The notes below the pieces were generated by a model. It saw only the letters and a list, made by a program, of their open reading frames with translations. It had not been told where the DNA came from and did no database searches. From assembly GCA_038087875.1 (NCBI GenBank), contig JAXLNO010002050.1, positions 1 to 64,000 on the forward strand: DNA of 64,000 nucleotides, in the 5' to 3' direction. Position 1 is the stretch's first letter. Every line of letters begins with the position of its first letter. This document shows, in pieces, positions 1 through 12,609 of the stretch. Source of the stretch: Malacoraja senta. Lineage: Eukaryota. The translations under genes and the position numbers were made by a program.

Positions 1-25
1 TGATATAGAACAAAAAATTAAAGGA

Positions 26-367
26 TTGCTGGCCCAGAGCCCACCACTGGACTTCCCGATACACTCAGTCAAGGCTGGAGACTGGGTATTAATAAAAACG
101 TGGAAAGAAGAAAAGCTGCAACCTAAGTGGACTGGACCCTACCTGGTGTTACTAATCACCGAGACAGCAGTACGAACAAAAGAGAAAGGGTGGACACACG
201 CAAGTCGAGTTAAGGGTCCTGTGGAGGCCCCACCAGACAATATCAGCCCGTGGACTGTGCGCAAAGGAGAGGAACCATTGACTTTAATATTTACCAAGAA
301 CCCGCGGGAAAATGAAGATTTTGTGTTGGTGGGTCGTGTGTTGGGTGGTTACCCAACTCGTGAGTAA
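26..367 (+). CDS. pol: ERV pol, C-terminal end of integrase (5' part outside window)
   Basis: ORF contains VKAGDWVLIK...KWTGPYLVLLITETAVRTKEKGWTHASRVK, typical of the C-terminus of gamma/epsilon-like retroviral integrase; overlaps the env start in another frame. Confidence 0.9.
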   Translation: MLAQSPPLDFPIHSVKAGDWVLIKTWKEEKLQPKWTGPYLVLLITETAVRTKEKGWTHASRVKGPVEAPPDNISPWTVRKGEEPLTLIFTKNPRENEDFVLVGRVLGGYPTRE

Positions 368-2260
368 TATAACATGTATAAAAATCACAATACCACAGAA
401 TAGAAGGCCCACCACCATCCCATTTAATGTATGTAAAAGAAAATGGTGGTGTGGCTATAGAATGTATGTATGCACCCATCCCTGTAGAAATTGGCACGCG
501 GTGTTTACTTCATCAAAATATGGGTGGCATCGAACCACCTATCAAACTGATAGGTGGAAAATATATCAAAACCCGAACGAGAAATTGCCAGGACGTATAT
601 ATGTGAGCATACAGAGTGTTCAAATGCAGGAAAGTGGTAGGTATTGGATATGTGCAGATAAAACAGGGAAGGACACGTGTCTGAAGTTTGAGATAGAAGT
701 GAAGCGGGATGGGGAGATGGTAAGATATGAGGATAGGGGAAAGGTGTTCAAGATAGATGACAGTCAGAATAGGGATCCCGGGGCAACACCAGCACCACCA
801 GTAGTCAGCAAAGTCACCAGGGAGAATGAGTCTAAGGATCTGAAGATAATGATAGTAGAAGGAGAAACAGGATTAAGGCAGTTATATGAGAAGGGAATAC
901 CAACAGGGGGAAAAGGAGCCAACACCTGGCTTGCCTGGATGATGTACACAGCCAGAAGTATGCAACAAACCAATTGTTACACCTGCGCCGGAGCTAGGCC
1001 TCAGCTGGTCCCAGTACCATTTCCCCTGAATTGGAATAGAACACCTAGGGCTATGTCATGTATACTACAGCTATTCACGAATCCCCTCTTACCAAAGAAT
1101 GTGATATGCCGGAGTTATCATTACCTATTTCCGACCAGCAACAACAATACGAAGGGCCGAAGGGAAGACCCTCGACCTCCTCCATTTACCAGTCCTCTTG
1201 GGGAGGAGGGGTTTGAGTGCTATACAAGAAATAACCCAGAGGGACAGGATATGGGGAAGGTGCTCAACTGCAATCAGACGTATAACATAACGGCTGAGGA
1301 ACAGGGACCACTGTTCAATAGCTCCTGGCTAAAAAAACAGATAGTCAGTAGAGCCGATGTCTGGTGGTGGTGCGGGGAGAATACCCTGTGGCCCCGGTTA
1401 CTGGGGTCATGGACGGGAACCTGTACCCTCACACAACTGATGATGCCCTTCACCATAGCAGTAGAACATGCTGCAGAACTCAATGAAGGAAGCCAACAAC
1501 AAAAGAGAGGGGTGAAAGGATCATTCGACACACACATATATATATAGATGCGATAGGGGTGACAAGAGGGGTACCCGATGAATTCAAAGCCAGAAACCAG
1601 ATAGCTGCGGGCTTTGAGTCCATGCTCTTCTGGTGGTCCACAATTAATAAAAATGTGGACTGGATCAACTACCTATACTACAATCAACAACGCTTTATAA
1701 ATTACACTCGAGATGCAGTTGAAGGATTAGCGGAACAACTGACAGCTACCAGCCAAATGGCCTGGCAAAATCGCATGGCCTTGGACATGCTACTGGCTGA
1801 GAAGGGAGGGGTGTGTGTAATGTTTGGCGAACAATGTTGCACATTCATCCCCAACAACACTGCTCCGGATGGGTCAGTGTCAAGAGCCCTAGCAGGTCTC
1901 ACCTCTCTGACTATCGAATTGGCTGAGAACTCTGGAGTAGACAACTCCTGGACTGGGTTTCTAGAATCCTGGTTTGGGAAATGGAAGCACATCTTTACCT
2001 CAGCTCTAACATCAGTGGTAGTCATGGTGGGGTTACTGTGTTTGTTCGGATGTTGTATGATTCCCTGCGTACGGGGATTGGCTCAGCGATTGATAGAAAC
2101 AGCCCTGACAAAGAACAGGGCCGCCACCATGATGGCCTTCAGAACACAGTATAACCAACGAGAGGGGGATAGGGAGGCGAAGAATCTGCTGCTAGCATTA
2201 GAAAAGGAAGATAGTATAAATCAAAGGTTGCGTAGCAAAAAAGAAAAGGGTGGATTGTGA
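312..2260 (+). pseudogene. env: ERV envelope gene (gamma-type SU/TM) split by one +2 frameshift
   Basis: ORFs 312-1547 and 1559-2260. Signal peptide MKILCWWVVCWVV, CYTC (CXXC), WWWCG, FDTHIYI/DAIGVTRGVPDEFKARNQIAAGFES, immunosuppressive-domain-like QNRMALDMLLAEKGGVC, CX6CC (CVMFGEQCC), hydrophobic TM. Removing 2 nt from the (TA)n run at 1534-1546 joins the frames into 648 aa. Confidence 0.95.
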
Positions 2261-2809
2261 GGAAAGAGTTAACAGACATGGTTGATTTATACTAGGGATA
2301 GAAAAATGGCTTGTGGTGTCAGCAGAAGCCAGACTGCTGGTAAAATAGAAAATAACGATATATAGAACAGAGAGAAATTCTAGATAAAAAATAGCAAATT
2401 CAGCAGAAGATTTGAGAAGTAGAAAGAGAGAAAGTACATAAGGTCAAACAAATCTGTGCATGCCTAATGAACTTACATGAATATGTACACACACCCACTA
2501 TGACAAGATGCCTAATTTAAATGCACATGCGATGCATGATATGGGAGGTGTCTTTGACGTCGGGTGGACGTTCCAGGACGTTCTCGTGGGAATGTGGGCT
2601 TTATGTTATGATTGGAAGAAGCTCAATGGGGAGGGATGAGGGTGTGACAATGATACCCATGAAATGTATAAAGATAGAAGACATCCCGATCCTCGGTGTG
2701 CCTCTAGGGGACATCAGAGGAGAGGCACCTATTCTGCAGAATATGATTTAAATAAAAAGCTTCTTTGCCGACTTTGTCTCTAAAAGCGTTTGTGATTTTG
2801 CATCTCACA
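2256..2809 (+). mobile_element. ERV 3' LTR (554 bp)
   Basis: Follows polypurine tract aaaaaagaaaaggg (to 2250); begins tgtgag and ends ctcaca (6-bp inverted ends); TATAAA at 2667, AATAAA at 2751. Confidence 0.9.
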
Positions 2810-3066
2810 CTTATGTATGGCTTAATTGTATTCATGCATAGTATGATTTGGCTGAATACCACGCAAAGGGGTTTTCACTGTATCTAGTTACCCGTGTCAA
2901 TAATAAACCAACACGTTGTATCTAGCGATTGCAACACCCAGTGTTTATTTTAAGCAGGTAGCAAGGTTGTATTAACATTTCCTTTTTGCCTTTGACTACG
3001 TGGTGAATGTAAAGATGGGTCATAATGCACTGTATCTTTACTACTGTTTATTCATAATAAACATAC

Positions 3067-3096
3067 TTTGCTGCCCTAGCTGTCCGTGGTCTGTCA
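3067..3096 (-). CDS. candidate 30-nt phase 1-1 micro-exon (possible cytoplasmic exon of the class I-like gene)
   Basis: Minus strand: tctctctctctggttccag|TG ACA GAC CAC GGA CAG CTA GGG CAG CAA A|gtatgt; strong pyrimidine tract, GT-AG, open in the phase-1 frame (xTDHGQLGQQ). Link to the class I gene is inference. Confidence 0.4.
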
Positions 3097-3416
3097 CTGG
3101 AACCAGAGAGAGAGAGAACTGGGTGGGAAGGTTGTAATTATACCAGTGATGTGGGGAGTGGTTAGTAGTGGTGAGGTCACTATGTTAAAGGTACATGCAC
3201 ATCTCATCTACAGTGAAGAGCCATCTTTTTTTCCACCGCTGAAGACCTCCATGCGCCAGTACAATATTCTGTCGGCGTGGGGCGATTCGGCATTTGCAAT
3301 ACTGAGGATCAGGACATATTTCCAAATCAGAATGGCGGTCAATTTGGATCTTGATCTGCAGGTGCTATTTTTACACGGTAGATTTCAAAGGGAGAACAGC
3401 ACTAATTGCCCGCTTG

Positions 3417-3427
3417 GAAAGCGAAAG
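3417..3427. promoter_or_regulatory. ISRE/IRF-like motif GAAAGCGAAAG
   Basis: Matches GAAANNGAAA; lies in a non-repetitive, relatively CpG-rich patch (about 3230-3600). A short motif can occur by chance. Confidence 0.25.
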
Positions 3428-3764
3428 GGTGTTGATTCCACCGTCCAGAGGAAAATGATTATAATCTTCCATTCAGTGGCCAAAAGTAACACCAGTCCAA
3501 ATTAGTCATTTTCCCTGCAGCTTCCAAGTTCACGCGAGTCCTACTGTCTGGTCAAAAAGACGGTGATTCAATTATTATTGGAACAGAGATTGATGGCGGA
3601 GGAGTTAGCTTGGTAATGTTATTGAATGTCAAGGCAGTTTACATCTTGCCTAATACTACACCTGCAAACAACTTTGCTGACATTCACACATTTCCTAAAC
3701 ATGGAACTCATATCTATACCAACATCTTTGATTTAAATCAGAAAATACAAACAAAATTCGCAGC

Positions 3765-3965
3765 AGTCGAACGGATGCCTCGCAGCGTCAGAGACCCGGG
3801 TTTGATCCCGACTACGGACGCTGTCTGTGTGAACGTCGTACGTGGGTTTTCTCCGGGCGCTGGTCTCCACCCACATTCCAAACTCGTGCAGGTTTATCGG
3901 TTAATTGCCCTTTGTAAATTGCCCCTAGTAAGACTGCGTCGAAACGGGCTTTTCGGCACAGCATG
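3765..3965 (+). mobile_element. partial tRNA-derived SINE (HE1/V-SINE-like)
   Basis: agacccgggtttgatcccgact B-box region and core shared with copies at 37063, 42372 and 44912. Confidence 0.75.
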
Positions 3966-4319
3966 CCCCATCTACATTAGTCCCAACTCCCCACGCTTGG
4001 CTCATAACCCTCTAAACCTATCCTATGCATGTACCTGTCCAATTGTATATTTATTGTTATGATAGTACCTGTCTCAACCTCCTCCTCTGGCAGCTCGTTC
4101 CATATACCCACCACTCTTTGTGTAAAAATGTTATCCCCAGGTTCCTATTAAATCTCCACACTCACCCACCTCTCACCGTAAATCTATATCCTCTGGTTCT
4201 CGAGTCCCCTATTGTGGGCAAAAAACTCAAGCGCATTTACCTGATTGATTGCTCACATAATTTTGTAAACCTCTTTCAGATCACCCCATCCTTTTGCACT
4301 CTAAGGAATGAAATCCAGA

Positions 4320-4622
4320 ACCAGGGGCCACATTTCCAGAACCAGGGACCACAGTTTAAGAATAAGGAGTAAGCCATTTAGAACGGAGACGAGGAAACAC
4401 TTTTTCTCACAGAGAGTGGTGAGTCTGTGAAATTCTCTGCCTCAGAGGGCAGTGGATGCTTTCAAGAGAGAGCTAGATAGGGCTCTTAAAAATAGTGGAG
4501 TCAGGGGATATGGGGAGAAGGCAGGAACGGGGTACTGATTGGGGATGATCAGCCATGATCACATTGAATGGCGGTGCTGGCTCGAAGGATCGAATGGCCT
4601 ACTCCTGCACCTATTTTCTATT
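4320..4622 (+). mobile_element. CR1-type LINE 3' end
   Basis: cacagtttaagaataagg...ggcctactcctgcacctattttcta; same 3' end as the long CR1 at 56176-59935. Preceded by a minus-strand 3' end of another CR1 family at about 3990-4310. Confidence 0.8.
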
Positions 4623-6764
4623 GAAATCAGAGCCTTCTCAACCTCACCCTCCCTGAACAGAGACTCAGTGACTTGCAGAACAGTTCAGCATTGGAACAGG
4701 CCCTTGGGGCCACACCTTCTGTTCCAAACGTGATGCCAAGTTGAACTAATCTCCTCCACCAACACATGTTCCATATCCATCCTTTCCCTGCATATCTATG
4801 CCTTTCTAAAGACTTCAAATGCCACTATCAAGTCTCCTTGTAAATCTTCTCTGGACTCTTTCCAGCTGGTGTGTTAAAAACAAAGTGCATGAAGAATTCA
4901 GTGGGTCAGGCAGCATCTGTGGTGGGAATCGACTGACAACGTTTTGAAGTCACCAGTCTGAACAAGAGTTCCAGCCTGAATTGTCGTTGGTTCATTCCAT
5001 CCCACAGATGTTGCCTGACCCACTGTGTTCCTCCAACAGTTTTGCTCAACGATCCAATATCTGCAGTTTCTAGTATCCCCAGAGATCTGTTAACTGTCAC
5101 CATTTAATTGCCCTATTTTATTACATTTTGTATTACATTTCTGTTAAATTATGTTGCAGTCTTGGAAATGTTTTCACCTCAGCTGCGAACCTGCGTTCCT
5201 AGTGTACATTGCTACTTTAATCATGCTAAATTATGATCACTGCCATCAAAACACCTCATCACTATCACTACAATACTACTCCCATCTTGCTGCCAAGCAA
5301 TACCCACCATTTTCTATACAGTCGCCTTAATACTATTTCTTAAATGAATTTGAGAACCTCTGCACTCTGCTTCAGTGACAGGTAATATTAAGTGTAAATT
5401 CACAACTATTTATTGTTCTGGGGTGGGTTATTTTGCACCATATAAACAGGCCAAAATATTTCTCCTTCCGTATCCCTAAGTTTATTTGATATACGATGAT
5501 AAATACAAATCAATGGATCATTTAAATGTTTACTGTGCTGATGGAGACCATTCATCCTATCAGGCCAATGCCACCTCTCTACTGGAGAAAATCACTTGTT
5601 CAACCCCAGCCCTTAGACTGTAGTTTTGCATGTTTTTGCTCACAATTAGTTTATCCAATTCTCTCTTTGTGATGAAACATAAATAGGATTTGGATCAATG
5701 AACGGAGAAAGAAAATTTCAAGGGTACAAATGACTATCTTTATTACGTCAAATTACAAGACAAAGCATTAAAAAAGCAACGAATCTCATGGCTTTCAGCT
5801 CAATGTGTTAAATGATAGAAGCCGTGGCAAATACCATCAAGTCTCACAGTCTTCTTCCCATTGGAGACTCCTATTTATGATGGCTGGTGTGGAGATCTTG
5901 CAGGCCCAGCCACTGTCCTTCAAAGGTTCTGCATTAAATCAAGCACCGTGCTATTCTTGCATGTCTCGGAGAAAAGAAAGGTTTAACTTATCCTTTAGCT
6001 ACAATAAATATCCTTGTAGGCTGCTCCATCATTTCCCAGTTATTCTAAGTGAGCCCTCAATCATCTAATTGTTTCCCAAAGCCAGCCTACTTGCTTACCA
6101 TAAAGTGCAGTTAGCAGAAAATGTAATCTTAGGTGAAAACCCCGTTTACCTTTTCCAATGCACTAAGGGCATAATGGAGCCAATTACACAACATCTACGT
6201 GCCATACACTTGACATTCCAAACGCACGTTGCATAGAATTCCTTGTCCACTCTCAAACCCTCCAGCAAAGTGAGCAGCCTCCCTATCCATTCTTCCCATC
6301 AAAGATTGATAATTTTCCAGAGCTCCAAGAACTTAATATGTGATTCACCACCCTCTGACTCTTGAGATTCCTCCTTATCCCTTTCTAAAGATACATCATG
6401 TTATTCTGAGAAATGTGCTTGCCAAGACCATGGCATCTGCAGTTTTAGTCTCCTGATCTTAAGAAGAATGTTCTTGTTATGGAGGGAGTGCCGTGAAGGT
6501 TGATCAGATTTCAGGGATGGGAGGACTAATGTATGAAGGGCGATTTGGGCGATTAGTTTTACATTGTGATTAGGACCATTCAAAATCAACTACAACATTC
6601 TTATGGGTCTGTACAGATTGAAGAGAGTCAAGAGTATTTGATTGTCATATGTCCCAGATAATATAATGAAATTCTTACTCGCTGCAGCACAACGGAATAT
6701 GTAAACATAGTACATGGTAAACAATATGAAAAACGAGAAAGAGAAAAACAAAATCAATGTGCAC

Positions 6765-6795
<31 letters not shown>

Positions 6796-9700
6796 TATAT
6801 GTGTAGAAAAGTACGCATACATATATTCAAGAGGGAAATCCGGTCAGTTCAGGACCCAGTGGTCACAATCTGATGATCAGGCTTCAAGTTGAGATGAAGA
6901 GCGATTACTTCTCCCACAGAATGATGAAGGTGTGGAATGTTATACCACTGGAAGCAGTTGAACACAGATCATTGAATTTATACAAGGAGTTATATGTTAT
7001 TTGTATGGTCAAAGGATCAGAGAAATAAAAGGATCAAGGTATAAATTTTAGGTCACAATTGATCACATGGAATAATAGTTGAGGCTCAAATGCCTGAATT
7101 CCTATTACTTTTATATTCTGCATTTCAAAATTTTTGTATTTATCGTGGCCACATTTCCTCTGCATCGAAGAACATGATAACTGGGATGCTTAAAAGGAAC
7201 TGAGACCCTGCTGCCAATGACTTTTTGCAGCTGCATACATTGGTTTGGTGTTCACAAAGCGAGGACAAATCAGAAATAATTTTCTGAACACGCCATCCAT
7301 TGCTATTTCAATGTGCTTACCCAAGATACAAAAAAAAATACTATATTAATCTATATTAAAAAATGTTTGGATAAAATAAACAAAACACGGTCATCAAATG
7401 TCCCTGGGTAAGTCATCCACCCCCTGCCCTCCACCCCTTTGAGAAGTGGCTGAAGGGAGATATTAAAATACATAAAGCTTTTAAATGAATCACTATGGTG
7501 AAAACATTTCCACCATAAAATCCAGCAGGGAATTCTACAGAGAATGCTCCCTCTCCTCCCCTCCCACCCAATACAGGTGAGAATGAGGATCCAGATCAAT
7601 GAATTGCATTTAGGGGACGGCTGGGCAAACACAAAAGAGAAAAGAATAGTCGGTTCTACATTGGAGAATCCAGCACAGACTTGCCAACCATGTTGCAGAT
7701 CGCATAAGGTGGGAAGAGGCTCATGTGGACTATATGCACCAGTATTGGCAGGATAGGCAGAGTGGCCTGTTCCTACACACTTGTCTCCACTACAACCTTG
7801 TATTACTTTGACTGCCAATTCATTTTTGATCATGTTATTCCCATTCATTCTTTAAAAAATACAAAATCAACTTTGACGTAAGATAACTGTGATTGATGCT
7901 GTTGCAAATAAATGGAGGCCTTACATTTTCTTAACAACAATTTAATTTTGCGCCTTGCATATTATATCTTTCATATTATATCTTGCACATTCCATATATC
8001 TTGCCTTTACTTCTCAACATGAAGCCACTATAAAACAGGGTGCAATCCAATGTGTTTACTTGGATTTCATGCCAATCTATTTCCAAAAATCTTATACTCA
8101 ATGGTCTATTCATCAAGCACATTCTACAGGCAACTATTATTAGGTGAAATCTCAAGAGCAGAACTTGTACCAAATGAGCCACATAAAATGAACTTGATCA
8201 CTGTGCCACCAGTCACTGTGGACAATTTTATATTCATATGGATGATAAATTCTTTGCATTAGATTAGAAATGTACAAAGTACAAACAATCAAGACTTTTG
8301 ACATCAAATAACCAAGCGTTATGTAACAACATTTATTGGTGCTGTGTCTCAGACTAAATGCAGTGTTAAAACAAAATATATTCTATCCAATAATGACTGT
8401 AGCTAATGGAATCTGCAACTAAAAACAGAAGACTGAAAGCATTCAATGGCTCAAGCAAAATTATTGGGACAAATGGTTGATGTCACAAATAGGGTCAAGA
8501 ACCTGCACCAGACCTGTTAGGGAAGAGGATGAATTGCCAATATATAGCAATCAGGGAGGGATAGGACAGAGGCTGGTAGATCAAATGTAGAACCAGGTAG
8601 GGAGAGGATAATGGGTAGATGGAAACAGGTGGGAGAGGAGGAGGTAGAGGTGAATAACAGGAGAATAAACTGTTCAAATGAGACAGAGGTTCACTTGCAT
8701 CTCTTTCAACTTTCTATACTGCAATCATTGCTCACACTGTGGAGAAACTAGCTTAGATGTCAACCATTTTGTACAGCACATCCCTTTGAAGTAAAGATCA
8801 TCCTGAGATCTGTTGTATGGTATTTTAATACCCCTTCCCACTCACACACTGACCCATCTGTCGTTAACCTTGGGCACAGAAAGTTTTAAGTAAAATATCT
8901 GATAATCCACCTGGGTAACTTTATATGAATATAAAGTTTTCACATTTCAGCTTATCCATACCACTGGTGTTCATTTGTTCTCCCACAACCACCCATACAC
9001 CAACTTTGCTCCATCTGCCCATCATCCCCTCCCCAGCTGATTTTACTTCGGAGTCACGTGAGTGACTACGTGAAGAAGCCCCGTCCAGCCGCACACGCGT
9101 CATTATCGATCAGACGCATAGCGTTCATGACCGTGTGTGGAGGAGCAGGAGCTCCTCCAGCCGGTGAGTAAAACAAAAGTAAAACAAAAGTCGGAAGGTA
9201 AGTGGGTTACTTTTCACTTACAGGAGCGTTTCCTTCCCGTTTAGACTTGTTTGGTGGAAATCCACACAAGTTTATTATGGAGAAATGGGAAGGAGAGGCG
9301 GCCAGGGACGCACTGTAGTAAAACCCCAGATCCTAAGGGTAGTGGGCGTCAGTCAGGGGAGTCAGTGGCAGCGAAGCCATTAACTCCAGTTGTGGTCGAA
9401 TGTGCGTTAAACCGCCACGGGCGGGCGCAAGACAAAAGTCGGCCCGACCTGTAGACTCGGATGAGTCAGACCCGGAGGTATGCCCTCCTCAGGCAGGAAA
9501 GAGTATTACACTGCAAGGGTCAAAAACGTTATAACTCCTTATGGGGCAGATGATTTGTAAAGAACCCCCACAGGAGGATTTAAGTCGGTGTTGGCCAATG
9601 AAGTATAGCACAGGAGGTGCCTTGGAACAGGCACAAGGGTGGCCTACAGGAGAGCCATCAGTGCCTGTGCAGAAACATTAAAGAGGTTGGCCTACAGGAG

Positions 9701-10634
9701 AGCCAGTGCCCCAAAATGCCATAAAAAAGGCAAGTTATGTGTTGGCCTATTGGAGAGCCAGTACTAGAAATGCCTGAACTAAAGGCAGCACAAACGTGCA
9801 ATGATAAATGTGCCAGCACCGACAAATATAAAGTGTAAAAATAATGAAGCGTTGGCCTAGAATTGAGCCAGCGCCAGCAGCACCTGAAGCAGGGCTGCCT
9901 GTCCGTGGGCCTACAAGAGAGCCCGCGCAGGGGGAATCTGGCAGAGACTTACCTGAAACAGGGGAGCCAGAAATTACCCAACATAAAAATGAATATTTAA
10001 ATTTAGATGATGATTTAAATGAGGACCAGAGCCCATTATCAGAGCCACAAATGTTCCAAGGCTGGCACAAAACTTTGCTGTTCCCAGAGTAACAGGGGAA
10101 CCTTTGAGAGAGGAAATAGCTATGACTATAAATTATCTACTCTCCCATCAGCCCCAGGAATTAACCATGGATGAGACAAAAAAAATATGAGACCCGGGAA
10201 ATTGTAGCAGTTACAGCAGTGAATAACTTGATATGGGTAATTTGAACAGTGGTTTACGCTCACAAGAATTGAAATTACACAAGTGCTGAAATTTCTGGGG
10301 TCAGTGGTTTGGATGAAGGTTATATATCGTATTCACAACAAAATGCCTTAGCACTCATGTGTAGTGCGCACTTTGAAATAAATTGTATTCATAAAAATGC
10401 AATAAGACCAAATATTCATCCTAAGTATGCAGGCTCTGCAAACCATCCAATATACAAATGCCTAAATCTGTTTTGGAGAAAATCTAACAAAGAAACTAAA
10501 GGATCACCTATGCTGAGGAGAGCGGTGAGAAGGCAGTATCCCTACAGGCGAAATGTGGTGCTGGAGAAGGAACAATCCTATCATTCTCGTATACACGTTG
10601 ACATGCTGCACCGAGGATACGTGGAGGTTACAAT

Positions 10635-12147
10635 GTGCCTACTAGAAGGGGACAACAACTGCCGGTGGCAAACCCTGAGGTTAGGGGGCTTGGTCTGGTA
10701 AGAAACACAACAAATGTTTCACACTCACAAATAGGGGGAAGGTTACGATTCTTCCTAAAAGAATGGCAATCAATAACAAATGATTCATTTATTCTATGTA
10801 GCATTGTTGGATTCAAAATTGAGTTCTCTCCACTTTTGGATCCTCCAATTCAGCATAATTCAAACTGGTCACAGATTTTTTTCAAAGGAAGAGAATGGGT
10901 AGATCAAAGGAGAATTGAAAAATGTTATGCAGAAAAGGATGATATAAATGTCAGTAGAACAACACCATCAGTTTGTGTCAAATATTCTCCTAGGAATATT
11001 CTCCTAGAAAAGGGATGGTGGACGTAGAATCATTTCCGATCTGACAAATCTTAACCTTTATGTACAATAGAAACATTTCAAAATGGAAACATTTACTAAT
11101 GCCATTTAGCTAGTCACAAAGAATTGCTACAAGGCAAGCATAGATCTGCAAAATGCATATTATTCTGTGGCAATGCATGGTAATGATCAAAGATATTTGA
11201 AATTTAGATGGATGAGTCAGTTATGGCAATTTAAAGCATTGCCCAATGGTCTGATTTCAGCACCAAGATTATTCACTAAATTGCTCAAACCAATTTTAGC
11301 TCTGTTAAGAGCTGAGGGCCATGTATTAATGGCTTATTTAGATGATATCCTCATTGTAGGGGACACTTTGGCTGCTGCAAAATTGTCAGTATCCAGTCAA
11401 ATACATTTTGAGAAATTAGGTTTCATTATTCACCTACAAAAATCTAAATTGTTACCAAGCAAAAAGATTGATTACCTAGGGTTCACAATTAACTCCGAAC
11501 ACATGGTAATCACTTTGCCAAAAGATAAAAAGCTGCAGTTAATTGAAGGTTGCATAAAACTCATTAACGAGGACACATCTTCAATTAGAGAAGTGGCAAG
11601 CTTGCTAGGCAAATTAATTGCAGGGTTTCCAGCGGTCACGTTTGGACCATTGCATTATCAATGTTTACAGAGAGCTAAGGTACAAGCGTTAAAAATGAAT
11701 AGAGGGCATTTTGATAGGCCCATGAAATTAACAATTCAATCCATTACAGAAATAGAATGGTGGATTAACAATGTTTCTAATGCTTCCAGAAAAGTTCTGG
11801 TAGAAACACCTTCCGTCACTCGACAGACTGATGTAAGTGCGCTGAGTTGGGGCGCTACTAACATGATTTCCAGCTGTGGAGGTAGGTGGAATGTGAATGA
11901 AGTACCTTTGCTGGAAAAACTGGGAATCAATTACCTAGAGCTATTAGGCGCATTTTACGGCCTTAGAGCTTATTGCACTGATATGGGAAATGTGCATGTT
12001 CAGGTACAGGTTGACAATACTACAGCTGTAGCATACATAAATCACATGGGTGGTATAAAATCAGAATCATGTGATAAATTGGCAAATGAAATTTGGACCT
12101 GGGGTATTGCCAGAAAAATGTGGCTGTCAGCAATATTTACCAGGTAA
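10635..12147 (+). pseudogene. DIRS copy 1 reverse transcriptase/RNase H (5' part frameshifted and with stops)
   Basis: VGGRLRFFLKEW; FKALPNGLISAPRLFTK; AYLDDIL; IDYLGFTI; QTDVS..WG; INYLEL; VDNTTAVAYINHMGG. Confidence 0.9.
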
Positions 12148-12566
12148 AAATTAATACAATTGCAGACAAAAGATCACATAAATTTAATGATAATACAGAA
12201 TGGATGTTAAATCGGAAAATATTCACACAAATTATCACACAATTTGGAATGCCAGAAATTGATCTGTTTGCATCAAGATTGAACCACCAGTTGCCTAAGT
12301 ATGTGTCATGGGAACCTGATCCTGGTGCAGTAGTGGTGGATGCTTTCTCGCTACATTGGGGTGGTATGTTTCTGTATGCGTTTCCACCATTTTGTTTAAT
12401 CCACAAATGCATACAGAAAATTAAACAAGATTCAGCCTCAGGGATTTTGGTAGTACCAGATTGGCCTACACAGGTGTGGTACCCACTGGTGTTAAAAATG
12501 GGGGGGAAAAACCCAAAACCCTTATGGTTATTCCAAAGCAGATTAAACTGCTTGTACACCCTGTGA
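12093..12566 (+). CDS. DIRS copy 1 adenine-methyltransferase-like (MT) domain
   Basis: EIDLFASRLNHQL...DAF..W...YAFPPF...LVVPDWPTQVWY, the MT domain that follows RNase H in DIRS1-type elements; separated from the RT frame by a frameshift near 12140. Confidence 0.85.
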   Translation: MDLGYCQKNVAVSNIYQVKINTIADKRSHKFNDNTEWMLNRKIFTQIITQFGMPEIDLFASRLNHQLPKYVSWEPDPGAVVVDAFSLHWGGMFLYAFPPFCLIHKCIQKIKQDSASGILVVPDWPTQVWYPLVLKMGGKNPKPLWLFQSRLNCLYTL

Positions 12567-12609
12567 CTAATGAATCACATCCTTTACATAATCGTATTGG
12601 TTTGTTGAT

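Noticed and set aside
3086-3505. 139-aa plus-strand ORF
   Set aside because: No recognisable domain, GTG start, and it runs across a microsatellite and a minus-strand splice acceptor.
5805-6068. Possible host exon in unique-looking sequence
   Set aside because: No convincing splice pair or protein motif in any frame.
7540-7575. Plus-strand mini-exon (ctacag...ACAG|gtgaga, proline-rich)
   Set aside because: Weak pyrimidine tract and no other plus-strand exons to link it to.
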